A DNA stretch of 64,000 bases from a virus: IMG/VR virus record IMGVR_UViG_3300047476_000577, positions 1 through 64,000 of that record; one strand, 5' to 3'. Under the pieces are notes generated by a model that made no database searches, was not told where the DNA came from, and worked only from the letters and a program-made list of their open reading frames with translations. A program made the translations under genes and the position numbers. Of this stretch, positions 29,551 to 39,573 are shown in pieces. Positions within the stretch are counted from its first letter, which is position 1. Each line of letters begins with the position of its first letter.

Positions 29551-30440
29551 TGGAAACTCGTGGCGTGGCAATGTTTGCCTACAATAACGACCAGCTGGAC
29601 TATTCTAAGCTAGCGGTAATGACTGCACTTGCAGTTAAGGCAAACTTAAAAAACAATAAGACTGCACTGCTAACAGATGCATCAACTGTTAAGTATGCAG
29701 AGACTGCTATTCCAAAAGATTTATTCGACTATGCTTTTGATACAGTAGTAGTCGAGGATATACGCCACGAGCGAAATATGCGTAGGCACTGGGACAGTCC
29801 TTGGGCAGAATTCAACAGCCAGTTCAGCAATGGAAATAAACACAATGTCTACAACCTAACACCGTTTGATAAGACACTGTTAATAGACGTAGACTACATT
29901 GTGGGGTGTGATGTGCTAGACCGAGTGTTTGACACCTCATATGATTTCTCGCTGTATCGTAACGCTCACGGCTTACGTAATCAAAGCCCGCACCACGAAG
30001 AACAACGCCTGCACCCATTAGGAATAGATATGTGGTGGAGTACTGTAATATACTGGCAAAAGACTCCTCGTGCAAAAATGTTTTTTGACTTGTGGCAGCA
30101 CGTTAAAGACAATTACGATTACTACAAGTTTTTATATAAGTTTCCTAACAACTTATTTAGAACAGATTATGCCAGCAGTATTGCTATTCATATTATGAAT
30201 GGTCAAGTAGAAAGCGAGAATGTACCTTGCTTACCGCCTGGCAGTATGCGGTATATGGATCAAAAAGATAATCTAGTAGATATTAGAGGTAAAAACGACT
30301 TCTTATTCTTATCTAATTACCCGCAAGAATCTTGGCGCAATCTCGCAGTAGCAACGAAAAACGAAGATATTCATATGATGAATAAACGTGCGTTACTACG
30401 CCACTATGACAAATTTTTAAAGCACTATTACTATGGATAA
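29550..30440 (+). CDS. Glycosyltransferase, GT-A fold (GT8-like)
   Basis: TPFDKTLLIDVDY (DxD) and WWSTVIYW motifs. Confidence 0.7.
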   Translation: METRGVAMFAYNNDQLDYSKLAVMTALAVKANLKNNKTALLTDASTVKYAETAIPKDLFDYAFDTVVVEDIRHERNMRRHWDSPWAEFNSQFSNGNKHNVYNLTPFDKTLLIDVDYIVGCDVLDRVFDTSYDFSLYRNAHGLRNQSPHHEEQRLHPLGIDMWWSTVIYWQKTPRAKMFFDLWQHVKDNYDYYKFLYKFPNNLFRTDYASSIAIHIMNGQVESENVPCLPPGSMRYMDQKDNLVDIRGKNDFLFLSNYPQESWRNLAVATKNEDIHMMNKRALLRHYDKFLKHYYYG

Positions 30441-31251
30441 TGGAATTGTAACGTTTGCAGATAAACGGGAGTATATAGAATCAGCAGTTGCGTTATCTGT
30501 TACTGCTAAAAAGTTTAACAGCCTTCCTGTATGTTTAATTACTACTAAAGATGTGATGCCTATCGCAGTAGAGTTTCAAGACTACTTTGATAAAATATTG
30601 GTATTAGATAATGCTGCTACTGATTTTAACTTAATCAGGTCACTAGAAGAAAGTCCATACAATAAGACTTTATTTGTATATAGTGACAGCATTATCACAA
30701 CTGACATTACACCTGCATTTGAATTACTAAACATATTTAAAATGGTGTTTCCTTCTGCACAAGATTTTAAAGGTTTAACAGTCCCGTCTGATTTGTATGA
30801 CAACAGAAAAATAATTACAAAAAATCAATTACCTGATATATGGACATCTGCAATATTGTTTGATAAATCAGAGAATACTAAACGGGTTATTGCACGTGCC
30901 AAGCACGTATATTCAAATTGGCAAATATATAAAAACAATATAGCAAAAGAGTATAATCTAGAGAACGGACTAAAGTTAGCATTCAATACTATAATGAGTA
31001 TGGCTGTATATTTGGAAGACGAACCGGTAGCACAAACTGCATTCGTGTTTAATAACCTATCACGACAGCCTAATAACTTGTTTATTAAAAGTAGTGCTAC
31101 TATGGATTGGTTTTCTTATTTAGGCTTTTGGGTAACAGACGAATCTAAATTTAAAGTAGAAAATTATATACAACAAGGTATTGTGCATTTAACTTCTGCT
31201 TTCCCTGCAAAAGAATATCTGCAAAGGATTAAAGAAGTATGTCGTCAATAA
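30433..31251 (+). CDS. Glycosyltransferase-like protein (GT8-like, degenerate DxD)
   Basis: SPYNKTLFVYSDS; paralogous to the preceding gene. Confidence 0.55.
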   Translation: MDNGIVTFADKREYIESAVALSVTAKKFNSLPVCLITTKDVMPIAVEFQDYFDKILVLDNAATDFNLIRSLEESPYNKTLFVYSDSIITTDITPAFELLNIFKMVFPSAQDFKGLTVPSDLYDNRKIITKNQLPDIWTSAILFDKSENTKRVIARAKHVYSNWQIYKNNIAKEYNLENGLKLAFNTIMSMAVYLEDEPVAQTAFVFNNLSRQPNNLFIKSSATMDWFSYLGFWVTDESKFKVENYIQQGIVHLTSAFPAKEYLQRIKEVCRQ

Positions 31252-32198
31252 TTAAAACAAGTGCTCGCAAATCTAAGCGAGTATACGTTTACTACAATTC
31301 TGATAATGGTGCAGTAACTGATGTAATATTTGCTCCTAAAGAAGCAGGAACATTTATTGAAGTAGATACTTCTCACCCTGTGATATCTGACATACAATCT
31401 AAAAAAATAAAATTAAATCATTGCATTGTTGCATATGATAAGAAAACAGAGGCAATGAATGTTACCTATAAAGGTAATGTTATACGTCAACTTAGAAACG
31501 ATAATGTATTACAGCAAATAGAAGAATTAGCTGAGTTTGACTCTAATGTTCAAGTACTGTTATCTATATTCAACTTAGATAAAACAGTTGAAATTAGCTT
31601 AAACCAATCAGCATTAGGTAGCATTGTTAATGCAACTGGTACATTAGCTAGCGATGTTTCTTATTTAGAAATATGGGCAGTAGACGTTAATGATCCTAAC
31701 AAGTTATATGGAAAATTAAAATGCTCAATGATAGAGTTATTACAAGTCGGCCACGTGCGTATACAAACCCCTTGGTGGTCAAGTGCATTAAAAAGTAAAA
31801 TCAAATTCCTAACTAAAAAAGTATTTGTTTCTTATGGATGGGTATTCAATGAGCTAGATACTAAGCCTCCGTATAAGTCTAACTCTAAATTGACTATTCA
31901 TTCTGCAAGGAAAGCAACGTCAAACGATTGCAATGTCAAAATTAAAATCACAAAAAATAGGGCGATAATAACTAGCTATATTAGCAACCCTGACAAGTTT
32001 AAAATTTTTGACAACTTGAACATTTACCTTATTAAGAACAACGACCCTAGCCAATATATTGGAAAAATATCTATTCCAAACTCTAGCATTTACAATGGTG
32101 CAGAGTTTAGTATAGGTTATGATAGCATACCGGATAATGTCGGATTGATTTACGACAACAGTTTTGTTACAATTAACTACTCTATAGAATCAATATGA
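31239..32198 (+). CDS. Hypothetical protein with an internally duplicated domain
   Basis: LEIWAVDVNDPNKLYGKL versus LNIYLIKNNDPSQYIGKI. Confidence 0.55.
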   Translation: MSSIIKTSARKSKRVYVYYNSDNGAVTDVIFAPKEAGTFIEVDTSHPVISDIQSKKIKLNHCIVAYDKKTEAMNVTYKGNVIRQLRNDNVLQQIEELAEFDSNVQVLLSIFNLDKTVEISLNQSALGSIVNATGTLASDVSYLEIWAVDVNDPNKLYGKLKCSMIELLQVGHVRIQTPWWSSALKSKIKFLTKKVFVSYGWVFNELDTKPPYKSNSKLTIHSARKATSNDCNVKIKITKNRAIITSYISNPDKFKIFDNLNIYLIKNNDPSQYIGKISIPNSSIYNGAEFSIGYDSIPDNVGLIYDNSFVTINYSIESI

Positions 32199-33181
32199 AA
32201 ATACCAATTACAGAATTTGACATAGTCTTTATGAGCTATGACGAGCCAAATGCAGATGAGAATTATGCAGACTTGCTAACTAAAGCTCCTTGGGCAAAAC
32301 GCAGTCACGGAGTTAAGGGCAGCGATGCTTGCCATAAAGCAGCAGCAGCCCTAGCTGAGACTGACCGATTTATTACTATTGATGCTGACAACATCGTACG
32401 AGATGACTTCTTTAATATAGAATTAGACGATAGGCACTTCGGCGAGCTTGATGTCATCAGCTGGGCAGGCAAAAACGTAATCAACGGACTAGTATACGGC
32501 AACGGTGGTATCAAGTGCTGGCCAAAGGTAGTTGTAGAGCAAATGAAAACTCACGAAGCCGCTAGCGGTAACAATCCTAGTTCGCAAGTAGACTTTTGCT
32601 GGGACATTAACTATCATCAGATGAACAACGTCTACAGCGATGTACACAACAATGCAAGTCCGTATCAAGCGTATCGAGCAGGATTCCGCGAAGGTGTTAA
32701 GTTGTCATTGTGGGATGGAGTAACAGTTGATTCTCGACAACTTAAAAAACAAGTACACCCTAAAAATTATCAACGACTGCTAGTATGGACTAGTGTTGGC
32801 CGTGATGCTAAACACGGTCTATGGGCAATGTACGGTGCTCGGCTAGGTTGTTACTTAGCTAACTTAAAACGTGATGAGTTTAACTTTGTTGATGTGCGAG
32901 ACTTTGATTGGCACGATCGATACTGGAACGATGTAATTGCAAAACGTTTCCAGGATAATACAGATAGTGCCTGCATCAAGACAGGACACAAGTGGAACAA
33001 ACATCAACTATGGCGTGCTACAGTAGACTTAGGAAATATTCTACGTCAGGAGTTGGATCTAGAAATCGCAGACTTAGACGATATGGGCAGTAAGTTCTTT
33101 AAGGCAACTTACGTTAATCCAAATCGCTTAGGTCCTATGATTAAAGAAAGCCAAGTAATCGAAGGCGTTATCGGTGAGTAA
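32195..33181 (+). CDS. Glycosyltransferase-like protein (GT-A)
   Basis: FMSYDEPNA, ITIDADN, NGLVYGNGGIKCW, AYRAGFREGVKL. Confidence 0.7.
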   Translation: MKIPITEFDIVFMSYDEPNADENYADLLTKAPWAKRSHGVKGSDACHKAAAALAETDRFITIDADNIVRDDFFNIELDDRHFGELDVISWAGKNVINGLVYGNGGIKCWPKVVVEQMKTHEAASGNNPSSQVDFCWDINYHQMNNVYSDVHNNASPYQAYRAGFREGVKLSLWDGVTVDSRQLKKQVHPKNYQRLLVWTSVGRDAKHGLWAMYGARLGCYLANLKRDEFNFVDVRDFDWHDRYWNDVIAKRFQDNTDSACIKTGHKWNKHQLWRATVDLGNILRQELDLEIADLDDMGSKFFKATYVNPNRLGPMIKESQVIEGVIGE

Positions 33182-34592
33182 GGGAATTTACCTGGAAAGG
33201 CTAGAGAAGTTAAAAGCTAGCCTCGACGCAATTAGTCCTAGCTTTTGTGCAGCCAAGTGGAAGCAAGTTACTATACACTTGCAAAACGGCTTGACGCATA
33301 GTTGCCATCATCCATCTACGCATAAAATTCCTATTGAGGAAATTAAAGTTAACCCTAGTGCACTGCACAATACTAACTTTAAAAAAGAACAACGAAAACT
33401 AATGCTAGAAGGCAAGCGCCCTAGCGAGTGCGATTACTGCTGGCGTGTAGAAGACACACCCGGCGAGCATTACAGTGACAGGATTTACAAAAGCACAGAA
33501 CCTTGGGCATATAAGACTATTCCTGACATACTTGCAGAACCTGCAGGCTTTAATACGATACCTACGTATGTAGAAGTAAGTTTCGGAAATACCTGTAACT
33601 TTAAGTGCAGCTATTGCAGCCCCGAGTATAGTAGTAAATGGGTCGAAGACATAGAGCGCCACGGCGCAGTACAAGTCTCTGGTTCTAAATTTAACGATAT
33701 ATCTTATATAAAGTCTAAGGGCTTTATGCCTATCCCCGCTAAGGATCACAATCCTTATATAGACGCTTGGTGGCAATGGTGGCCAGAACTGTACCCTACA
33801 CTGCATACATTTAGGATAACAGGCGGCGAGCCGCTACTTAACAAGAACACATTTAAAACATTGGATTGGATCATATCGCATCCTAATCCTGAACTAGACT
33901 TGGCTATCAACAGCAACCTAGTAGTGCCCGATAATTTAATGCAAGAGTTTATCGACAAGGTCAAGTTCATTGTTGACAATAAACTTGTCAAGCGTATAAC
34001 AGTTTACACTAGTGTAGACACTGCTGGCGAGCACGCAGAGTATATCCGAACAGGTTTAGACTATAACAAATGGTTGGCTAACGTTAATCGAGTAATAAGA
34101 GAGACTGGCGCTTTTATTACTATAATGTCTACGTTCAACTTGTTGAGCTTTACTAACTATAAACAACTGTTAGCCGACATTCTTGTTATTAAGACTGATC
34201 CTACATTGATAAGAACAGGGGCAGATAAGAGTGTAAAGGCGCCACTAACAATAGATATTCCTTATTTGCGTTATCCGGAATTCCTTAGTGCATTGATTGC
34301 CACGCCCGCTATAAAGCAAAAGTTTAGCGAACTAACTGAAATGGTTACTGCTAACCTAGGACATAACGTAGTGCACGGTCATCACTTGGGATTTTACAAA
34401 CACGAAGAGCAAAAGTTTGTTCGTTTACAGCATTTGCTATCTCGCGACGATCACTATAGCCCTACAGACTATGCACGCCATCGTCGTAGCTTTGCAATGT
34501 ATGTAGACGAGATGGATCGCCGCAACGGGACAGACTTTAAAGCAGTCTTTCCTGAATACATTGATTTTTATAATTACTGCAAAACACTATAA
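33174..34592 (+). CDS. Radical SAM enzyme with N-terminal auxiliary Cys (twitch/SPASM-like) domain
   Basis: CNFKCSYC, TGGEPLL; N-terminal CAAKW...SCHH...CDYCW. Confidence 0.88.
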   Translation: MSKGIYLERLEKLKASLDAISPSFCAAKWKQVTIHLQNGLTHSCHHPSTHKIPIEEIKVNPSALHNTNFKKEQRKLMLEGKRPSECDYCWRVEDTPGEHYSDRIYKSTEPWAYKTIPDILAEPAGFNTIPTYVEVSFGNTCNFKCSYCSPEYSSKWVEDIERHGAVQVSGSKFNDISYIKSKGFMPIPAKDHNPYIDAWWQWWPELYPTLHTFRITGGEPLLNKNTFKTLDWIISHPNPELDLAINSNLVVPDNLMQEFIDKVKFIVDNKLVKRITVYTSVDTAGEHAEYIRTGLDYNKWLANVNRVIRETGAFITIMSTFNLLSFTNYKQLLADILVIKTDPTLIRTGADKSVKAPLTIDIPYLRYPEFLSALIATPAIKQKFSELTEMVTANLGHNVVHGHHLGFYKHEEQKFVRLQHLLSRDDHYSPTDYARHRRSFAMYVDEMDRRNGTDFKAVFPEYIDFYNYCKTL

Positions 34593-35290
34593 TGCTTGAC
34601 GTAATATTTTTAAGCTACAACGAACCCTTTGCAGATGCAAACTTCGAGCACTTACTACAATTCGCACCACACGCTAAACGTGTAAGCGGAGTTAAAGGCA
34701 TTTTAAATGCACACAAAGCCGCTGCTGAAAAAGCAATGACTACTTATTTTTACGTAGTCGATGCAGACGCAGTGATTGTAGATGACTTTGAATTTAACTA
34801 TACGCCGACTAAGTTTGAAATGTATCACAACGTTCCGGCAACAGAGTGTATCACTTGCTGGTCAAGTAAGAATCCTATAAATGGTTTAGTATACGGATAC
34901 GGCGGCGTTAAGTTGTTCCCTAAGCACAAACTTTTGTCAGTTACTGAATGGCGAGTTGACTTAGCTACTAGTACAGGAATGCCATTTAGACCTATTAAGC
35001 GCATCAGTAACATAACCGCCTTTAACTATGATGCAGTTACTGCCTGGCGTAGTGCTTTCCGTGAATGTGCTAAATTGGCTAGCGGCCAAATGTACGGTAA
35101 CGATGAATCGAAATATAGACTAGACATATGGACTACACAAGGTGCAGATAAGCCTAACGGAAAGTTTGCTATTGCTGGCGCACTTGCTGGCAGAGAGTTC
35201 GGACTTGCTTGTGGCAACGATTTAAATAAGTTGCAACAAATTAACGATTTTGATTGGTTGAATAAGAAATACTATGAGTCTAATATTTGA
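34592..35290 (+). CDS. Glycosyltransferase-like protein (GT-A)
   Basis: FLSYNEP, VVDADA, NGLVYGYGGVKLF, AWRSAFRECAKL. Confidence 0.7.
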   Translation: MLDVIFLSYNEPFADANFEHLLQFAPHAKRVSGVKGILNAHKAAAEKAMTTYFYVVDADAVIVDDFEFNYTPTKFEMYHNVPATECITCWSSKNPINGLVYGYGGVKLFPKHKLLSVTEWRVDLATSTGMPFRPIKRISNITAFNYDAVTAWRSAFRECAKLASGQMYGNDESKYRLDIWTTQGADKPNGKFAIAGALAGREFGLACGNDLNKLQQINDFDWLNKKYYESNI

Positions 35291-37580
35291 CGTACCTGTA
35301 GTTTCCAGTAGAGAATTTTTACAGATTAAACGGCTTAACGATGCAGATGCGGTTAAAGAAGTAGCATCCTGGAACAAATACAAAAAGTTTGTCTGGATTA
35401 AAAACCACGATGTTGATCCTGCACTGTTTGAAAATTTCGATTTTAAATTTGTTCCTACTAAGCTAGAAGCAAATAGAATACATTTGTTTGTATACGAAGA
35501 CACTCCGCATTGGTTAGCTAAACTCGTTCCTTTAAACTGGAAAGAGTCTAGCTCATACGTACTACACGTTATAAATCAAAAACGCACTATAGTCTTTAAG
35601 AATCAATTTCTCAATCACGTGCCGGATGAGGTAGCTAATTACTTGCCTGCCCCGTACGATTTAAAATATACACACGTCTGGAGATTTGATACAGCAACAT
35701 CTGACAACAAGTCAATTGACGCAATACATATCAATTACTGCGAAAATCCGCAAGGTATCAAAGTAGTAAATGTTCCAGTCAAAAACAAGTATACGCTAGA
35801 ATGGAACACAGAGTTGCCCGATGTGACGTACCCTGGCCTGCAACAAGCATTAGACTCTGTTCACTATAGTGCAGGAAAATACACTACTGTCTTTTACTTA
35901 GATGACGAGCACAATACTACAAAATACAATGTATGGATTGCTAAACTTGTTCCTAGTAATAGCGTAGGGCTCAAAGTAGGCGGAAGATTTAAACCAGCAG
36001 TGCCGTTAACAGTAGGATGCAAGCTAACATTTAACCCGTTAGTAGTAGAGCAAGAATATGCTGCAATACCTGACAACTTTGTTCCGGCAGCAGACAAAGT
36101 AAAGTATGAGCACGTTTGGTACATCGAAGATGCACTGATTAGGTACGGCACTAACACTTGGGGCAAGACGTCGGAACGCACCTGGCTAGCTAAGTACGGT
36201 CCAGAAAATCCTATAGGTACAGTGGAAGTTAAGGTGTTGCCAGCACAAGTTCTAATAACTAACCCAGACATTCCTGACTGCGAGCTCAAAGGATTTAACT
36301 TTGATGCGCTAGCCGAAACTACAGGATACGAAAAAGTATGGTACTTGGATCCTAGTTTAACTAACGGCGAAGAAGGCATATGGGCAGTAAAATACGGCCA
36401 CGGTAGTCCTATTAATATGGGTATGCTTAAACCAGAGTTCTCTGCAAGTATAGAATACAATAGCGACTATGCACTGTGGGATTGGAGCGAAGTAAAAGAA
36501 ACATTTAAGCCCTCTTACAGCGAAATGTGGTACGAGCACGTCTGGTATAAATCCAAAACGTTAAAGGTATGGGGTGTAAAAGCCAAGTTCACTAAACGTA
36601 CTAAGGGCGTTATCCATCACGGTTACATAGAACCTAAAGTTCCTGCCTGGCCAGTTGACAAAGGAGATGCTCCTTTGTATTGGAAACTAGCACAGGGGTT
36701 TAGATTTGACGAACACTGGAACTCTAAGTTTATGCCAAGCATTGGTAACGAAAAGAAAGTACACGTATTCGGCCTGCGTGATCCTCGAGGCGAGTTTATA
36801 GACTACGGTGCTTGTTACCTGTTGCCTAATCGCACCATAACAGACACTGACATATTAAAGGCAGTTAAAGTGTCTAGTAGTGGTGCACAGGAAGATGACT
36901 TTGATGTAGTATTTTTAAGCAACAATGAACCTTACGCAGATGCACACTATGCAGAGTTATTAAAGATTGTTCCTACTGCTAAACGTGTTAACGGTGTTAA
37001 AGGTATTGCGGCAGCACATATAGAAGCAGCAAGACAAGCAACTTCTAATATGGTGTTTATTGTGGACGCTGACTGTCGTGTACTAGATGCTAAAGTATTT
37101 TTACATCACCCATTATGGGCAGATAGAAATAACGTGCACGTATGGAAAAGCCGCAACCCTGTTAACGGACTGGAGTACGGATATGGCGCTATCAAATTGT
37201 TTAATAGACATCAACTACTTGGCGCAACTACTTGGACAGTTGACTTCTCTACTACGTTCAACAACAAGTTTAAAGTCATTAACAAGCTAGTATGCGAAAC
37301 AGCATTTAACTACAATGAAGAAACAACCTGGCGCAGTGCTTTCCGTGAATGTGCTAAGTTAGCAGCTAAAGTAATTCCAAATCAAGTCGACAGCGAAACA
37401 GTGCGTAGACTAGAGGTGTGGACTACGCAAGGAGCCGATAAGCCGTACGGTGAGTGGGCAATTAAAGGTGCACTTGCAGGTAAAGAATGGGCACAAAATA
37501 ATCCGGAAGAGTTACACTTGCTAAATGACTACGATTGGCTAGCAGCAAAGTTTAAGGAAGCATATGACAACAACTGCTAA
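35274..37580 (+). CDS. Repeat-domain protein with C-terminal glycosyltransferase-like domain
   Basis: About 6 Y-x-H-V-W-type repeats; C-terminal domain (FIVDADC, WRSAFRECAKL) paralogous to 34592-35290. Confidence 0.65.
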   Translation: MSLIFDVPVVSSREFLQIKRLNDADAVKEVASWNKYKKFVWIKNHDVDPALFENFDFKFVPTKLEANRIHLFVYEDTPHWLAKLVPLNWKESSSYVLHVINQKRTIVFKNQFLNHVPDEVANYLPAPYDLKYTHVWRFDTATSDNKSIDAIHINYCENPQGIKVVNVPVKNKYTLEWNTELPDVTYPGLQQALDSVHYSAGKYTTVFYLDDEHNTTKYNVWIAKLVPSNSVGLKVGGRFKPAVPLTVGCKLTFNPLVVEQEYAAIPDNFVPAADKVKYEHVWYIEDALIRYGTNTWGKTSERTWLAKYGPENPIGTVEVKVLPAQVLITNPDIPDCELKGFNFDALAETTGYEKVWYLDPSLTNGEEGIWAVKYGHGSPINMGMLKPEFSASIEYNSDYALWDWSEVKETFKPSYSEMWYEHVWYKSKTLKVWGVKAKFTKRTKGVIHHGYIEPKVPAWPVDKGDAPLYWKLAQGFRFDEHWNSKFMPSIGNEKKVHVFGLRDPRGEFIDYGACYLLPNRTITDTDILKAVKVSSSGAQEDDFDVVFLSNNEPYADAHYAELLKIVPTAKRVNGVKGIAAAHIEAARQATSNMVFIVDADCRVLDAKVFLHHPLWADRNNVHVWKSRNPVNGLEYGYGAIKLFNRHQLLGATTWTVDFSTTFNNKFKVINKLVCETAFNYNEETTWRSAFRECAKLAAKVIPNQVDSETVRRLEVWTTQGADKPYGEWAIKGALAGKEWAQNNPEELHLLNDYDWLAAKFKEAYDNNC

Positions 37581-38577
37581 AGGCTTTGCTTATGGCCTAG
37601 AAGGATATACGCTAGGTATTAAAGATGTAGGACTGTTTAATGCTTTATCCAATTATGTAAATGATCCTGCTACCCATAGCTTAATTGCTCTATTGGCTAA
37701 GTTAGGAATATACAGTAAACATCGTACCGCAACACAAAACCTTCTTACTTTAGAAGATTATAACAACATATGCTATCTAGGCAACAATAAGAACTATGAC
37801 CACGTATTCTGGGTACTTATGGCCTTAATACCAGACGCAAAAGACTTGATTTATAACCTTAAGACGTCAATTGACAGCGATAAGTTATTCGACTTTATTT
37901 TAGACTATACTGATAGCGACCACGTTAAGCAACAGCTACTTAATATAAAGAATTTTGATTCTAGCCTAGATTACTTGAAACTACTAGAAAAGTTTGATGT
38001 AATTAACTCTGCGTTTGTATACGATTTGATTAAAGCAATAGAAGCCCATCCTAGTGTTAACTGGAAGGATGCAATAAGTAGATTCCAATTAGGTAGTAAA
38101 AATTGGATAGCCACCGAAATAGGTAAACTAAATGTAGACTTGGGCAATGTCGCTCTTATGGGAGGCTGGGTAGGAACACAGGCACGTATATTATACGATG
38201 CACAAATACACTGTGATTCTATTACTAGCTACGATTTAGATGTTGATGCAAACAGTGCAGCAATGATAGTAAATGCAAGGCATAACACATTTAAGTCTGT
38301 TATGGAAGATATCTACAATGTAGACTACAGCAACTACAACACTGTCATTAACGCAATATGTGAGCACATACCTGATTTTAATTCTTGGTATAGTAGAATA
38401 AACCCTGGCACATTAGTTATACTTCAAAATAACAATATGACAGAAGCACCCGACCATATTAACTGTGTGCACTCGTTAGAAGAGTTTAGTAAACAAGTTT
38501 CCTTATCTACTAAACTCTACGAGGGTGAGTACCAATTTATGAATTGGACTCGTTATATGATAATTGGTTACAAATAA
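37564..38577 (+). CDS. Class I SAM-dependent methyltransferase-like protein
   Basis: VALMGGWVG...SYDLD...INAICEH motifs. Confidence 0.6.
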   Translation: MTTTAKGFAYGLEGYTLGIKDVGLFNALSNYVNDPATHSLIALLAKLGIYSKHRTATQNLLTLEDYNNICYLGNNKNYDHVFWVLMALIPDAKDLIYNLKTSIDSDKLFDFILDYTDSDHVKQQLLNIKNFDSSLDYLKLLEKFDVINSAFVYDLIKAIEAHPSVNWKDAISRFQLGSKNWIATEIGKLNVDLGNVALMGGWVGTQARILYDAQIHCDSITSYDLDVDANSAAMIVNARHNTFKSVMEDIYNVDYSNYNTVINAICEHIPDFNSWYSRINPGTLVILQNNNMTEAPDHINCVHSLEEFSKQVSLSTKLYEGEYQFMNWTRYMIIGYK

Positions 38578-38883
38578 TTACGCTAAGTAAATGTCTTCAG
38601 TGCAACCGAACTTTGCCAGATACTCTTCTCTGTACATACTGCGAGCTTGAACATCTTGTTCGTTTTGTAGAACATATGTACGTAATGCAACGTCATCTGC
38701 AAATTCAATTGTTTTCTTACGTTGTAGAGGTGTAACATCCTCGGTTGTTAATGAAACAAAACCAGGCGAGGATTCTAACCTAGCTTGTATCTGTTGTATT
38801 CTTAAAGCATTTTCTTCGATATCTGTAAACCAAGGTACATCTGCACTTGGACGAGTGGTAACAATTACTAATTTAACTGACAT
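38578..38883 (-). CDS. Small alpha/beta protein, paralogue of 55751-56047
   Basis: Shared pattern LV..T.(R/K)P...W...PG.VS...I.F...Y...R..Y.A..G; own late motif and AGGAG. Confidence 0.7.
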   Translation of the reverse strand: MSVKLVIVTTRPSADVPWFTDIEENALRIQQIQARLESSPGFVSLTTEDVTPLQRKKTIEFADDVALRTYVLQNEQDVQARSMYREEYLAKFGCTEDIYLA

Positions 38884-38892
38884 AAGTATCTC

Positions 38893-39573
38893 CTATGATT
38901 GTATATTTATGTTAGACACCTGATCTACTCTTCGTCTCAGATTGTAGTCTAAATCTAAATCTCTATATCTATTTAGTAAAGACCATTTTCTTATCAGAAT
39001 AGGAACACTATTTTTTGTTTCTAGTATTCCTAGCATCTTGCTAAAATTAACATACTTGCTAGCAGAATACGGCTTAATTAGCTCTTCTACTGTTACAACA
39101 TATCTAGCAGAATCAGTCTCGAAGTCCCACATTAAAGAAGAATACTGTTTGTCTTTCTTATGCTGAAGATTAACCCCTTGCGCTCCTCTGGCCATTGCAG
39201 CATTAATCGTAACTGCACTGTAAATAGACGTTATATTAATAGATTCGGCATAGGAAATCATTCCGGCCATTAATTTACTAGTAATTTCGTCCGAGTGGAT
39301 ATAGCTTACATAGTTCTTGTCTACGAAAAATAAACCAATGGTAGCAAAAGGTAGTATAGCCCAAGTGCTTATTGTAGAAAATGCTATAAGATTCCCGCTA
39401 TCGTCAAAATTTCCAAATGCAGATACACCTATGTCATTTGCCAAATACAGAGGTAAAATTTTCTTATAATGCAAATCTATATGTTTTGTTTTTTTGACTT
39501 TTAATAAAGAAGGTTGTGAATCATAAACCCTCATCATTTGTTCTAAGTCGCTGCTAATTAGTTTGCGTATCAT
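38893..39573 (-). CDS. GNAT-like acyltransferase
   Basis: MIRKLISSDLEQM start, AFGNFDDSGNLIAF and IGLFFVDKNY beta pattern. Confidence 0.5.
   Translation of the reverse strand: MIRKLISSDLEQMMRVYDSQPSLLKVKKTKHIDLHYKKILPLYLANDIGVSAFGNFDDSGNLIAFSTISTWAILPFATIGLFFVDKNYVSYIHSDEITSKLMAGMISYAESINITSIYSAVTINAAMARGAQGVNLQHKKDKQYSSLMWDFETDSARYVVTVEELIKPYSASKYVNFSKMLGILETKNSVPILIRKWSLLNRYRDLDLDYNLRRRVDQVSNINIQS
38904..38911 (-). promoter_or_regulatory. Late promoter motif CATAAATA
   Basis: Upstream of AGGAG and ATG 38883. Confidence 0.55.

Noticed and set aside
14971-37290. Many 60-190-aa antisense or alternate-frame ORFs inside structural and GT genes
   Set aside because: Fully nested in long motif-bearing genes, without expression signals
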